DNA of 63,471 nucleotides, filler included, from Octopus bimaculoides (GCF_001194135.2; 7 parts of 6 records of this genome joined end to end with filler, not necessarily neighbours in it), one strand, 5' to 3'; positions 11,009 to 23,430 are shown, counted from the first letter of the whole stretch. The notes: a model not told the origin generated them from the letters alone. Numbers and translations: made by a program.

Positions 11009-11750
11009 CACTTTGAGGAGGCAAGGAAAACAAATTGGGCCAGTGAAATGGTGGAGAGGCCACTAGCATTTTGGGATACTGTCATATTTTCCAATGAGTC
11101 CAGAATTGCTGTATTTTCTGACAATGGTTAAGTGTGGGTCCAGAGACTCTGTGATCAAGAATTTTACATAAAAAGATTGCTTCCAGCAATGAAACATGGC
11201 TGCTATTCTGTGATGGTCTGGGGAGCAATTTGGAGCAATGGCCAATCAGAGCTAGTGGAGTGTGAGGGAAGCATAAACTCAGATAAATATATGTCCATAT
11301 TGCAGAAAGTACTCCTTACAATCTTCTCCAGTGGTGAAATGATTAAAGAAAGCTATTTATTTATAGAAGGTGGGATTCCTTGTTACGTGGCTAAAAAGAC
11401 CCAAGACTAGTTGGATGAGAGTGGCATTAAAAAGCTTCTATGGCCAAGCCAGTGACCAGATATAAACCCTATTGAACACCTCTGAGGTATAATGGACAGG
11501 ATACTTCACAAAAAGAACATGAAAGCATCTTCAAAGCCAGATCTTTTGAGACCACTACAAGAAATACCCCAATAGAATATTCGTCATTTGATCTTTAACA
11601 TGCCTAATAGGGTCCTTGCATTGGAAAATGCAAAGGGCAGGTCTACTAAATATTAAACATTCACATTATAATAATTAATAAATAATTTGAATGTATAATT
11701 TCAGATTTAAAGAAATTTTAATGAGTATAAGGGTGTCTATTTACTTCTGC

Positions 11751-11756
<6 letters not shown>
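11009..11756 (+). mobile_element. Tc1-like (DD34E) transposase pseudogene, 5'-truncated, with 3' end
   Basis: WDTVIFSNESR, KHG..SVMVWGAI, WPSQ*PDINPIEHL. Spacing from the second Asp position to Glu is 34. Ends KGRSTKY*. Stops present. Confidence 0.9.
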
Positions 11757-11824
<68 letters not shown>

Positions 11825-11887
11825 AAGAAGAAGAAAAGGGAGATTGTGAAGTTAATGAGTTTATTATCAACAACAAATCGAACATTA

Positions 11888-11959
11888 TCCCTTACAGCTG
11901 TTTCAGTGAATTAATTAAATATTAAATTCATATTCCTGAGCATAATATCTTCAGAGGAA
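11888..11959 (-). ncRNA. Hammerhead ribozyme fold (left arm copy, stem II partly deleted)
   Basis: UUCCU-CUGAAGA...GAAA-CAGCUG-UA-AGGGA on the minus strand. Confidence 0.5.
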
Positions 11960-12068
11960 AAAAATATATATCTTTAGATGTTTTATATGTTTGTTTATGG
12001 ATTCATTATAGCAGACTGCTATAATGAATCCTTAAACAAACATTTAAAACATCTAGGGGTATTTTTTT

Positions 12069-12150
12069 TCCCTCTGAAGATATTATGCTCAGAAATATGA
12101 AATTAATATTTAATTAATTCACTGAGTATAAATGAAACAGCTGTAAGGGA
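12069..12150 (+). ncRNA. Type I hammerhead ribozyme fold (right arm copy)
   Basis: UCCCU(12069-73) CUGAAGA(12074-80), 10-bp stem II 12083-92/12122-31, GAAA(12134-37) CAGCUG UA^(12145) AGGGA. Two mismatches at the base of stem II. Confidence 0.6.
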
Positions 12151-12420
12151 TAATGTTCAATTTGCTGTCGATAATAAACTCTTATTAACTTCCACAATCT
12201 CCATTTTCTTCTTCTTCCTTTATATGAATATAAACTACAGGTTTTTATATACTTACTTATTATTTTAAGGAAATGAATTTCCACCAAAATATTTTCTTGG
12301 CTGACACCATCCCTTCATGATGCTAACATAACCTCTAATTGAATGTCATATATATATATATATATATATATGTATTCTGTATCATTCCAATTTTAGCACT
12401 GCATATATACATATACATAT

Positions 12421-12936
12421 ATATGTGTTCAGAAAGTAATTGCATTTTTTCGCCACTATGAAATATGAATCAACCAATCATGTCAGATGCCTATTGCCAA
12501 CAACTTGATCATGTAAATGAAAAATTACATCGAAAGTGGCCAGCTTTGGTAAAACAAAAAAGGTGTTATTCTTCAGCATGACAATTCACAACCATACACT
12601 TCAAAATAAACCCAAGAAAAAGATTGTTAGGATGGGAAGTTGTTTGTCATCCTCTATACTCACCTGACTTAGCACCTATGGATTTCCATATTTTCTGATC
12701 ACGTGAACATTTTATAAGAGGCAAAACATTCGGAAACAGAGGAAGTCGGAAACAGAGGAAGTTGAAAACAGTCTCTCAGACTTTTCACAGGAAAAGAAAC
12801 AGGTTTCTTTGAATATTGCATAAAACAGTTACTTTCCCATTGGGCTGCAGTCATTGAAAATATTTAGAAAAATGTAGTTTACATTCGTTTTTGTAACTTA
12901 TCTGGTAAAACACAATTACTTTCCGGATACCCTAAT
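12421..12936 (+). mobile_element. Internally deleted mariner (DD34D-type) element
   Basis: YCQQLDHVNEKL..VILQHDNSQPYT..GWEVVCHPLYSPDLAPMDFHIF. Imperfect TIRs GAAAGTAATTG / CAATTACTTTC, TA flanks. Confidence 0.85.
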
Positions 12937-13628
12937 ACACACACACACACATATATAACATGTATATAAGATCNNNNNNNNNNNNNNNNNNNNNNNNNNN
13001 NNNNNNNNNNNNNNNNNNNNNNNNNNNNNNNNNNNNNNNNNNNNNNNNNNNNNNNNNNNNNNNNNNNNNNNNNNNNNNNNNNNNNNNNNNNNNNNNNNNN
13101 NNNNNNNNNNNNNNNNNNNNNNNNNNNNNNNNNNNNNNNNNNNNNNNNNNNNNNNNNNNNNNNNNNNNNNNNNNNNNNNNNNNNNNNNNNNNNNNNNNNN
13201 NNNNNNNNNNNNNNNNNNNNNNNNNNNNNNNNNNNNNNNNNNNNNNNNNNNNNNNNNNNNNNNNNNNNNNNNNNNNNNNNNNNNNNNNNNNNNNNNNNNN
13301 NNNNNNNNNNNNNNNNNNNNNNNNNNNNNNNNNNNNNNNNNNNNNNNNNNNNNNNNNNNNNNNNNNNNNNNNNNNNNNNNNNNNNNNNNNNNNNNNNNNN
13401 NNNNNNNNNNNNNNNNNNNNNNNNNNNNNNNNNNNNNNNNNNNNNNNNNNNNNNNNNNNNNNNNNNNNNNNNNNNNNNNNNNNNNNNNNNNNNNNNNNNN
13501 CAAGAACCAGTCCAGGGGCACTGGCAACGATCTTACTTGGCTTGCCGGGTCTTCTCACGCACAGCCCATTTCCAAAGGTCTCGGTCCGTAGTCATCGCCT
13601 CGGTGATATATATATATATATACATACA

Positions 13629-14522
13629 CAGGGTGTGATGGGTAAATTGTTGCCATTTTATATTTTTAATTTCACGCATGCACATTGCTTGTTTCTGATT
13701 TTATTGATTACACAGTATAGTAGGGTCAGCTGGGCACCATCTATGAGAAAAATAGCACCATGATGCAATTCACTCTGCCAGAAATTTGGAAACAACAGGC
13801 TGCACTGCTTGGCATTCACACTGGAAGCTCCAATACGAATATTTCAGAGTGTTTGGGTGTCGATCTGAGGACAATGCAATCTGAGGACATGTACCAAGAG
13901 TGATAAATATCAAACATCCAGTCAACATCATGGTGTTTGGAGTGATCACTAGTGATGGTGACATTATGCCTCCATTCATCTTCCCACACAGCCTCTGACT
14001 CAACATGGGGGCCTACATCAAGTGCCTGGAGAAGGTAGTGCTATCCTGGGTCAAGAAGGTAGCTGCCAGAAGATTCTACATCTGGCAACGGGACTCTGTA
14101 CCATGCTACACAAGCAGGAGAACCCAGTCATGGGTGTCAGACAATTTCTGCCACCACATCACCCCTAACATCTGGCCACCTAACTCTCCAGACTGCAACC
14201 CTTTTGGTTATTATATGTAGGATGCAGTTGAGCGAGAGACCAACAAAACTCCTTGTAACACCAAAGATGAACTGAAGGCAAGGATTATGGCAGCATTTAC
14301 CAACTTAAACAAGGAGACCGTCCAGAAGAGTTACAGGAAATTCTGAAGTCGTCTGGAGGCCAGGATTGAAGCCAATTGCGATTTTATTGAATAAATTTTC
14401 TCTTTAGTATTTCAAGATATTTTTATGTAATTTTGGTAAATATATCTGTTAAAATGAGATGTCAGTGTTATTTTCATTTTTGTGTAATTTAGATGACAAT
14501 ATAATATATTCAACGTACCCTG
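13629..14522 (+). mobile_element. maT-type (DD37D) Tc1/mariner element, internally deleted
   Basis: CAGGGT..ACCCTG-TA termini. IMVFGVITSDGDIMPP, WQRDSVPC..WPPNSPDCNPFGYY with 37 residues between the catalytic positions. Confidence 0.9.
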
Positions 14523-14702
14523 TATATATGTATGTATGTATGTATGTATACGTATGTATGCATACATATATATATATATACATATACATGCATGCATACA
14601 TACATATATATGTTTCAAAAATTTAGCAAGAGCACAACAAACAGAAAATTTGTAGCTAATTCCTCATCAGTCAACATCTAAAAGATCATTACAATTTCAC
14701 AC

Positions 14703-14762
14703 CTTTAATGTTGATATTGTTCACTTTTGGTGGCGCCAGTGGTGAAAAGCCACTGGGAATAG
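14703..14762 (-). CDS. Candidate 60-nt symmetric (phase 1-1) internal exon, IPSGFSPLAPPKVNNINIK
   Basis: T-rich acceptor ..tgtttgttag| and donor AAG|gtgtga, open frame, GC-richer than flanks. No homology recognised. Confidence 0.3.
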
Positions 14763-15529
14763 CTAACAAACATACAAAACAATGACGAAAACAAACACGA
14801 CAAAATAAAATATACATATACAACAAAAAAAGCAGTGCAACTGCAAGACAGATCTATATGGGATAACACATAGGAAAATGAAAATGTCCTGTAGGACTGG
14901 AGACAAGAGAAGGACAGATAGAAAGTCAGATTGAAGAAAGAAGTATACATACATCTATATATTTTTTACTCTTTTTTTTCATATATATAGATATAATAAA
15001 ATTTCAAAGAACTCTATTTTCTCTAAACTTTCATAAATGTAAAAAATGCTTAGAATTGTATTAAAATAAATGCCTTGAAGATATATTCTATGAAAAGGAT
15101 ATATCCTGCAGAAAAAACGGATTATATCCTAAATCTTTTATCCATCTATCAAGCATTAAATTAATACCCAGTCCAACGTAGTTAATATTTGATTTTAAAA
15201 AGCGTAATTGTTATAGTCTATGAGTCCAGACTATAACAAAGGATTCAGATTATAACAGAAGAGTATATTTCCTTTTCTGCCACAACAAAACTGGTAGTAT
15301 TGTGATTGTCTCTTTGTGAAGGTACACCTCACTGTATGTATGTTTATATAGACTGTACATTGTACACATATGCCTAGCCATAGGTTTGATATACAGATTG
15401 TGTAAGAACAGAAAATGTTATTGCTATTGGTATTGTTTTATTGGTTTAATCAAACAGAAAGGATCCTGTACCGAAGGTCTTTGTAGAGCCTCCTAGGCAG
15501 GTGAAATCAATGTTATTAATACTCTCTTT

Positions 15530-15816
15530 TAATCTTTTACTTGTTTCAGTCATTTGACTGTAGCCATGATGGAGCACCGCCTTTAGTCGAGCAAATCGAC
15601 CCCAGGACTTATCCTTTTGCCGAACCGCTAAGTGACGGGGACATAAACACACCAGCATCAGTTGTCAAGCAATGCTAGAGGGACAAACACAGACACACAA
15701 ATATACACACACACATCACATACATNNNNNNNNNNNNNNNNNNNNNNNNNNNNNNNNNNNNNNNNNNNNNNNNNNNNNNNNNNNNNNNNNNNNNNNNNNN
15801 NNNNNNNNNNNNNNNN

Positions 15817-15850
<34 letters not shown>

Positions 15851-16007
15851 GAGCTTCTTTCAGTTTCCGTTTACCATATCCACTCACAAAGCTTTGGTCG
15901 GCCCGAGGCTATAGTAGAAGACACTTGCCCAAGGTGCCACACAGTGAGACTGAACCCAAAACCATGTGGTTGGTAAGCAAGCTACTTACCACACAGCCAC
16001 TCCTGTG
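15530..16007 (-). mobile_element. SINE family A copy (internal N gap)
   Basis: Reverse complement of the 5038-5412 family. Confidence 0.85.
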
Positions 16008-16649
16008 CTTTTACTTTTCTAGAATATTTCCAAGTTGATGGCTACAAAATTAGAATATAAGCATAGAAAGTATTGCATTATACTCTGAAGAGGAAAAACT
16101 AAGTGCTGTGTTTATTCCAGCTATGACACTCTCATCTGTTTTTGTATATCTGGGACTATATTGCCAAATGTATTGTTCCTTTCTTTTAAGATGTTAGCAT
16201 GTAGTTTGAGATAATTTGGCTGCTATTTCTAGCAGGTCAAGTAACAGCATAGAGGCTCCCTCCTTGGCTCAGGTTGTTGCTGTCACTGTTGAATTCCAAA
16301 TCAGTCTCCATCCAGGAAGCCTTTGAACAAAGCTGTTCTAGCTGTGACCATCAAATCAGATATTGTGTTGTTGTTGTTGCTGCTGCCGCCGCTGCCTCTC
16401 CTCCTCTTCCTCCTCTTCCTCCTCCTCCTCCTTATCCAATATGTTCTTTCACTTCTTTTCTGCAAGACTGCAAGATGTGTTTTTAAAGATTTGGCTGGTC
16501 TTTCTAACCAATTAATTCAACAACTGCTGAAGGATACAGCATAATACTCAGTCCACAAATTAAACTCACAATCATGAACTAAGCACTAACCATTGGGTTA
16601 TGGACCATCATTGTGCTATTAATAATATAAAGCAATAGATCATCAACAT

Positions 16650-16830
16650 TTAACATCTGTTTTCCATGCTGGTGTGGGTTGGATGGCTTCACAGGAACTG
16701 GCAGGGTCAGAGGGCCAGACTAGGTTCCACAGTCTGTTTTTGGCTTGGTTTCTACAGCTGGATCCTGTCTTAATGCCAAGCACTCTATAGAGTGTACTTG
16801 GTGCTTTTTATGTGGCACTATCACACTCAT
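16650..16830 (-). mobile_element. RTE-tail-like short retroposon fragment
   Basis: CATCTGTTTTCCATGCTGG..GGGTTGGA matches the RTE 3' tail at 19208 and the plus-strand copy at 18112-18290. Confidence 0.65.
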
Positions 16831-16873
16831 ACTCATGCACATACCTACCTACCTACCTACCTACCTACCTACC

Positions 16874-16909
<36 letters not shown>

Positions 16910-16929
16910 TACATACATACATACATACA

Positions 16930-16965
<36 letters not shown>

Positions 16966-17084
16966 TATTTGTGTGTGTGTATGTATGTATGAACGTACAT
17001 ACATACATATGTATGTATGTTTGTATGCATGTATGTGTGTATGCATGTATGTGTGTATGCACACACATACACAACTGTTATCTT

Positions 17085-17327
17085 TCAGTTTCTTATTTCT
17101 TTATTGCCCACAAGGGGCTAATCATAGAGGGGACAAACAAGGACAGACAAAGGGATTAAGTCGATTACATCAACCCCAGTGTGTAACTGGTACTTTATTT
17201 ATTGACCCCGAAAAGATGAAAGGCAAAGTCGACCTCAGCGGAATTTGAACTCAGAAAGTAACGGCAGATGAAATACCACTAAGCATTTCACCCGGCATGC
17301 TAACGTTTCTGCCAGCTCGTTGCCTTA
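17085..17327 (-). mobile_element. tRNA-derived SINE family B nested in a family A copy (A resumes 17328-17465)
   Basis: Head AAGGC..CGAGCTGGCAGAA.CGTTAGCA, B-box GAGTTCAAATTCC. Flanking duplication TTCAGTTTC(T). Confidence 0.85.
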
Positions 17328-18111
17328 CATTCAGTTTCTGTTTACCAAATCCAAATCTTGGTTGGCCAAGGTTATAGTAGCAGACACTTGCCCAAAGTGC
17401 TATGCCATGGGACTGAACCTGAATCGATGTTGTTGAGAAGCATACTTAACAATATAGATCCACCTGCAACTATCAGTGTTTAAATATAAACATTCCTCCT
17501 AAATTATATCATCAAAATATATAATTGCTGTCTCATAATTGTTCGAAGTAATCTAACATTATAAACATACGAGTTACTATGAACATAATTGGACTTTATT
17601 GCTTAATTTTTCTAATAATTCATCAATTTAATAATCATAAAAATTTCATAGTTCAAAATTATAAAATCCTTGAAACACAAATTGTAATTATGAAGAAATA
17701 TGAATAAAAAATATAAAGAAATTTCTCTGAGAAAATCACTTATGGAAATGAAAAATATATAATGAATTTATAAAATAATTGTGTTTATTCATCATTATAG
17801 TATTTGATTATAAATTTCAATGTGCTAATATTTCTGAAACATTGTTGTATTATTATGGGATGACAGAATGGGTAATAGATGATAGAGAAAGGATAATGAT
17901 GTACCACAAAAGATGGCGTAATGAGAGAATTAGTTGAGAATAGGATAAATTGCATACTATGACATGTATTACAGAGTGAATTTTTACATTATTAACCCTT
18001 TTCTCACCACATTTCTGTTGGAATACACTGTCTTTGTTTTGAATTAATTTCAAAAATGATAAAGAATTTGGTAAAATAACTCTGCTATTATTAACTCATA
18101 TTTCTGTTAAA

Positions 18112-18290
18112 ATAGTGCTGGTGGCATGATAAAAAGCACCCAGCAAAGTAGTTAGCATTATGAAGGGCATCCTGTTGTAGAAACCATGTCAATGCAGACG
18201 TTGGAGGCCACTGCAGTCCTCTGGCTCATCAGTGACAGTCAAACTATCCGACCCATGCCAGCATGGAAAACAGATAGTAAATGATGATAA
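18112..18290 (+). mobile_element. RTE-tail-like short retroposon
   Basis: Ends CCCATGCCAGCATGGAAAACAGA..AAATGATGAT. Confidence 0.65.
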
Positions 18291-19138
18291 GGATGATGAA
18301 GACGATAATGACAACAGCAACAGTGGTGACAACGACGGCGGCGGCGGCGGCGGTGGTGGTGGTGGTGGTGTTGATTCTATAGTGAAACTTTTTGACATAA
18401 ATTAACCATTTTTTTTCACTTCCAAATAACATTAAATATCTACAATTACTTTGCCTACAATAAAAATTCAAATCTTCCCCATGTTTTATTTCAGATTCAC
18501 TCAAGACATTCACACTAGTTTTGGAATAATAATTCCAAACAGTTCCAGCAGCATTTTTCAAATGATTTTCAGGAAAATGCAAAACATTAAAAGTCTTTTA
18601 AAATACATTTTACTGTATTATCAAGGAATTTCTGTCAGAACTTCAAATGATAATTATTGACCTACAGTCAAATGGCATCTTAAAAGATATGTACAAAGGA
18701 AAAAATCTAACTGACTTTTATAAATGCTTTTTAGATAAAAGATCAACTTCTTTAAAATTCTTTGCTTGCAGCGGTAGACTTCGACATTTCTTTATGTGAA
18801 TAAAACATTTTCAGAGATGAGTACCTTAAAATTCCTTTATATATTAAAGTTATGCAAGGGGTATTGTATAATGGATTGTGTGCAGTAAAATGTAGTTCAG
18901 TGTTTGATTAACTCTTATTATCCCAAGGGCTGAAAGAATCCATCAATATTTAAGTTTTTATCAAACTTAGATATGGTGAAAATTCATCTTCATTGTATTA
19001 AAGGGACCCTGTTTTCTCAAAGGGTCTACAATTGTAGACATTGGGATGATGCAGGATCAAAAATAGGACAATTACAACAAAGTGTATGCTATAACTCTGA
19101 ACAAACCTATAGCTTTTACTCCACCATATAAGAAAAAT

Positions 19139-19139
<1 letters not shown>

Positions 19140-19208
<69 letters not shown>

Positions 19209-19745
19209 TTGACATCCATTTTCCATGCTGGCTTGGGTTGGATAGTCTGACAAGAGCTGATCAACTGAAGAACTGCCTAGGTTTCATGTTTGTTTTGGCA
19301 TGGGTTCTACAGCTGGATACCCTTCCTAATGCCAACCACTTTACAGAGTGTACTGGGTGCTGTTACACAGCACTAGCATGGGTATATTCATATGACACCA
19401 GTACGGGTGCATTTTACTTGGTACCAGCACCCATGAGCCTGAAAGGTTAGGAATGCTTTACTGGAGAGGGATGCAGGGGACAAGCTTGTATGCAAGGACA
19501 CTCACACTTTTATTTAGCTTAACATGTCTTCTCAAGCACAGCAAACTGCCAGAAGTCTCAATCCCCTGTCATCCCCTCTGTGAGTTCTAACATTTGTAGA
19601 TCCTTTCTCACCACTTTGTCCCACCCCTTCCTGAGTCTATCCCTTCCACATATTCACTCTACAATTAGAGACCATCACTTCTTGATGCAGCTGTCTTCAT
19701 TCGTATGCATTACATGATTGGACCAGCAGTCTTCTCTCCTGAACT
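19140..19745 (-). mobile_element. RTE LINE 3' end with (GAT)n tail
   Basis: Minus translation ..NHVMHTNEDSCIKK..CGRDRLRKGWDKVVRKDL (RTE C-terminus), then 3' UTR and (CAT)n at 19140-19208. Confidence 0.8.
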
Positions 19746-20578
19746 AGAAAATAGTTTTGCAACAAAAGGAAAATGCTTTTAATGTTTTTTGTGATTTTCT
19801 TTTTCTGAAGTTTGCAAACAAACAAAAATTATTTAAATGACCACAATAATCTGATTTTCTGCCAAAGGCAAGTTGAAAAGCCTTATATATGTGCGTATCA
19901 CACAATAACCTGTTCTGCACTAAATAATATGCAAGGTCTACAATTGTAAACATTGGGATAAAATGAGTTAAGGAAACAATAAAACTCTGTTACAATTTAA
20001 ATATTCACCAAAATTTAGCTTTGAATAAATGGTTAAACAATAACTTGACATGAGTGTGCATGTGCACGCATGTGTGTGTGTGTATAAGTCTGTGTGTGTA
20101 AGTCTGTGTGTGTAAGTCTGTGTTTAAGGTAATATGAACGTTTATGTATGTGTGTGAGATCACAGTTTTATCAGTGTGTGTATGTATGAATGAAAAGAAG
20201 TTTATAATAATGTGGGAAAGCACATTATGATAAGAGAGTATATGTAAAATAATGCATACATATGACAGAAGGGAATGTTATTGAAGTGTGTGAGAAGACT
20301 CAAAACCAAGTGTCATGGGGCATTTGAACAAAGCTACAATTCTTTTCATCTTTATAGTGAGAAACTATAGCAAAACATAAGGGAGCATATCAGAGAGAAA
20401 TAAGAAGTGAGTGTGAGGAAGCTGCCTTTTCACCAAGCTCCCACAAAAAGGGGGTTAGTTGGATCCTTGATAAGTCTTTGTTGATTGGTGGAAAATTTCA
20501 AAGTTTTTATAACAAGGGCAGATCATAAATATGACACTGACACAAAATAAATGGCATTTTTTTTTGTGGGGGGGGGGG

Positions 20579-20678
20579 NNNNNNNNNNNNNNNNNNNNNN
20601 NNNNNNNNNNNNNNNNNNNNNNTTAATTAATTAANNNNNNNNNNNNNNNNNNNNNNNNNNNNNNNNNNNNNNNNNNNN
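20579..20678. other. Artificial 100-bp scaffold-join spacer
   Basis: 44N-TTAATTAATTAA-44N. Confidence 0.97.
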
Positions 20679-20910
20679 TGAGTACTCCACAGACACGTGT
20701 ACTCTTAACGTAGTTCTCACGGAGATTCAGCGTGACACAGAATGTGACAAGATTGGCCCCTTTGGAGTACAGGTACTACTCATTTTTGCCATCTGAGTGC
20801 ACTGGAGAAACGTGAAATAAAGTGTCTTACTCAAGAACGCGCCGCCAGGGATTGAACTCACGACCTTACGATCGTGAGCCGAATACCCTAACCACTAAGC
20901 CACGCACCTT
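20679..20910 (-). mobile_element. tRNA-derived SINE family C, 5' part
   Basis: A-box TGGCTTAGTGG, B-box GAGTTCAATCC, then CTTGAGTAAGACACTTTATTTCACG. Copies at 29162 and 61648. Confidence 0.85.
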
Positions 20911-21750
20911 CCCCGTCAACCACCACCAAAACCAACGCCATTTCATCAACTACCACCAAAGCTACTTTTGCATCACCAACTACCACCATCACCAACTACC
21001 ACCATCACCAACTACCACCAAAACCGCTACTACATCTCAATTACCACCAGAATCACCACCAACACACCAACTAGTGCTGTTACTATCACTGCACCGTTGG
21101 AGTAATAATTACCAACAAAACATCCACTCAAACCACTACCACAGCCGCAACTACCACCACTACAACCACCATCACGAGATCAACTATGATCATCCATCAC
21201 CACCGCACCAACTAGCATCCTTGCTGCCATTGCACTCATCACCACTAGTACTACCACCAAAACCACCACCATAGGACCAATAGCCATCAGTGTTTTTTAC
21301 TACTACAGCCATTACTTCAGCATCAACTGCCACTGCTGTTAACACAACTACAGCCACCACTACAATTCCAACAATCACCAATACTACCTTGCATCCATCA
21401 CCAATGCCAAAATCACCCTCAGAATACCAACTAGCACCTTTACTACAATTTCGCCCATTACCACTGTATTACCACCAAAACCACCACAGTACCAATAACC
21501 ACTAGTGTTATTACCACCATAACCACTACTACAGCATCAACTTCCACCAACTGCAACCTGAGTTAACACCACTACTGTTACAACTAGCACCAGTACTACC
21601 TTGCATCAATCACCAGTACTACCACCAAAACCATCATTAGAGCACCGACTACCACCAAACTCATCATCAGATACCATACCTTCTGCTACTGCAATAACCT
21701 AAACAATGCCAACCAAACTACCACGAAACTACCACCATCACATTTATCTG
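20911..21750. repeat. ACC/ACT-rich cryptic simple repeat (~840 bp)
   Basis: Degenerate (ACC)n/(ACT)n mosaic with stops in all frames. Confidence 0.85.
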
Positions 21751-21769
21751 TAATACTAATGCATATTCA

Positions 21770-21940
21770 CAGACGTGGCTGAGTGGTTAAGAAGTTTGCT
21801 TCCCAACCATATAGCCTTGGGTTCAGTCCCACTACGTGTTTCTTCGGGTAAGTGTCTTCTACTATAGCCCCGGGCCGGTGAATGCTTTGTGAATGGATTT
21901 GACTGACGGAAACAGAAAAGACGCCCGTTGTATATGCCTC

Positions 21941-22034
<94 letters not shown>

Positions 22035-22730
22035 TGTGCGCGCGCGCGCGTGTATGTGTGTGTGTGTTATTGTCTGTGTTTGCCTCATCCCACCGCTTGG
22101 CAATTTGTGTTGGTTAGTTTACATCCCGGGTTTATTTACATTGTAGTGGCGCCTAATATCAGTCGTCATTCTGGAGTTTATCCACGCATGCGCAGGGACT
22201 AGTTCCGGAAGGAATACAGGAAGAGTCTCATGCGCATGCACAGTCATCCAATATCCAAGCGTTCCCGCGTATTTCTCTATCTCTTTTGTACGCTGAACTT
22301 CGTGGAAGCTAGACGTCACAATAGCAGCTCTCCGACAACCCTACAATGGAGCCACATAGACAACCAGAGAGGAGAAAAATGACTTCTAAACACGCAACTT
22401 CATTGACGGCGTCTCAACGAACCAAAAGGCGACGTGCTACCGAATTCCCTCCTAGTGTGAGCAGAATTCCACTGTAATAAAATATTTGTTGTGCTGTTAG
22501 TTTAGAGTCTGCGTTCCGTTTTCTTCCTTAAGAAATTTAATGTACGGAATTGGGATACACCTAATGGTGTATAACCACTTCCCTACAACTGGTGACTAAG
22601 TGCCAGATATAGGACCAACCATTCTTTCAGTTTTTTTTCACTACAACATCCTAAAGTCGATTTGTTCGAGTAAGCCCTTCAAGGGAGTGCCCAGCATGGC
22701 CGCAGTCCAATAACTAATACAAGTAAAGAT
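21770..22730 (+). mobile_element. SINE family A split by an LTR (head 21770-22130, tail ~22600-22730)
   Basis: Head, CORE-like block and (TG)n precede 22142; the SINE tail CCAGCATGGCCGCAGTC resumes after 22587. Confidence 0.75.
22142..22587 (+). mobile_element. Isolated LTR (~446 bp), Gypsy-like
   Basis: TGTAG...CTACA inverted termini, AATAAA at 22476, followed by A-C-TGGTGAC (start of a PBS-like sequence). No target-site duplication seen. Confidence 0.7.
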
Positions 22731-23079
22731 TTTTAAAAATGCAACATTTAAGCCTAACAGTACCACCACTATCACTACAACCACCACTCTGCTATAAAAA
22801 CTACCACAACTACTTATACTACTGCCTTAACTAACATTTCTACTAACGTTCTAACTATTAAGTCCAATGAGGTAGTTTCAATGCAGACCATCGATCAGCT
22901 AGAAATAGTAGTCAAATATCCTTAAAATCGAACAACATACCGTTATTTGAAAGAGGACACTTGGGGATCATGTAATCCTAGATATACTGTGTCAAAGATT
23001 TATATGACAGGATTGTCACAGATGGAGAGTATTTTGATCAAAGCTCTGTTTTATCAGATGCTGATCTGAGACAAAACAG

Positions 23080-23139
23080 GAACTATTGCTGCTGCAGATG
23101 CAGCTGGCTGCTGTTACTACTATTGCTGCTGGTACTGTA

Positions 23140-23171
<32 letters not shown>

Positions 23172-23274
23172 ACTACTACTACAACTACTACTACTACTAA
23201 TAATAATAATAATAATAATAATAGTAATAGTAATAGTAATAATAATAATAATAATAACAACAACAACAATAATG

Positions 23275-23332
<58 letters not shown>

Positions 23333-23430
23333 CACCACCACAACCACTATCACTACTACTACTATTACTACTACCACCACCACCGCAACTACTACTACTA
23401 CTACTACTACTACTACAATACCGCATTCAA
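23080..23430. repeat. Compound trinucleotide microsatellite (CTG/CTA/ATA/ACA/CCA)
   Basis: Directly visible; explains the homopolymer ORFs. Confidence 0.95.

Larger units (their letters stand above)
11822..12219. repeat. ~400-bp imperfect palindrome (~190-bp arms, 1-nt loop at 12015)
   Basis: Centre ATTCATTATAGCAG-A-CTGCTATAATGAAT. Arms run from AGGAAGAAGAAGAAAA to TTTTCTTCTTCTTCCT. Confidence 0.95.

Noticed and set aside
20700-20910. tRNA genes suggested by A/B boxes (also 29400-29489, 33830-33905, 61650-61715)
   Set aside because: SINE heads followed by SINE bodies; no complete cloverleaf evident.
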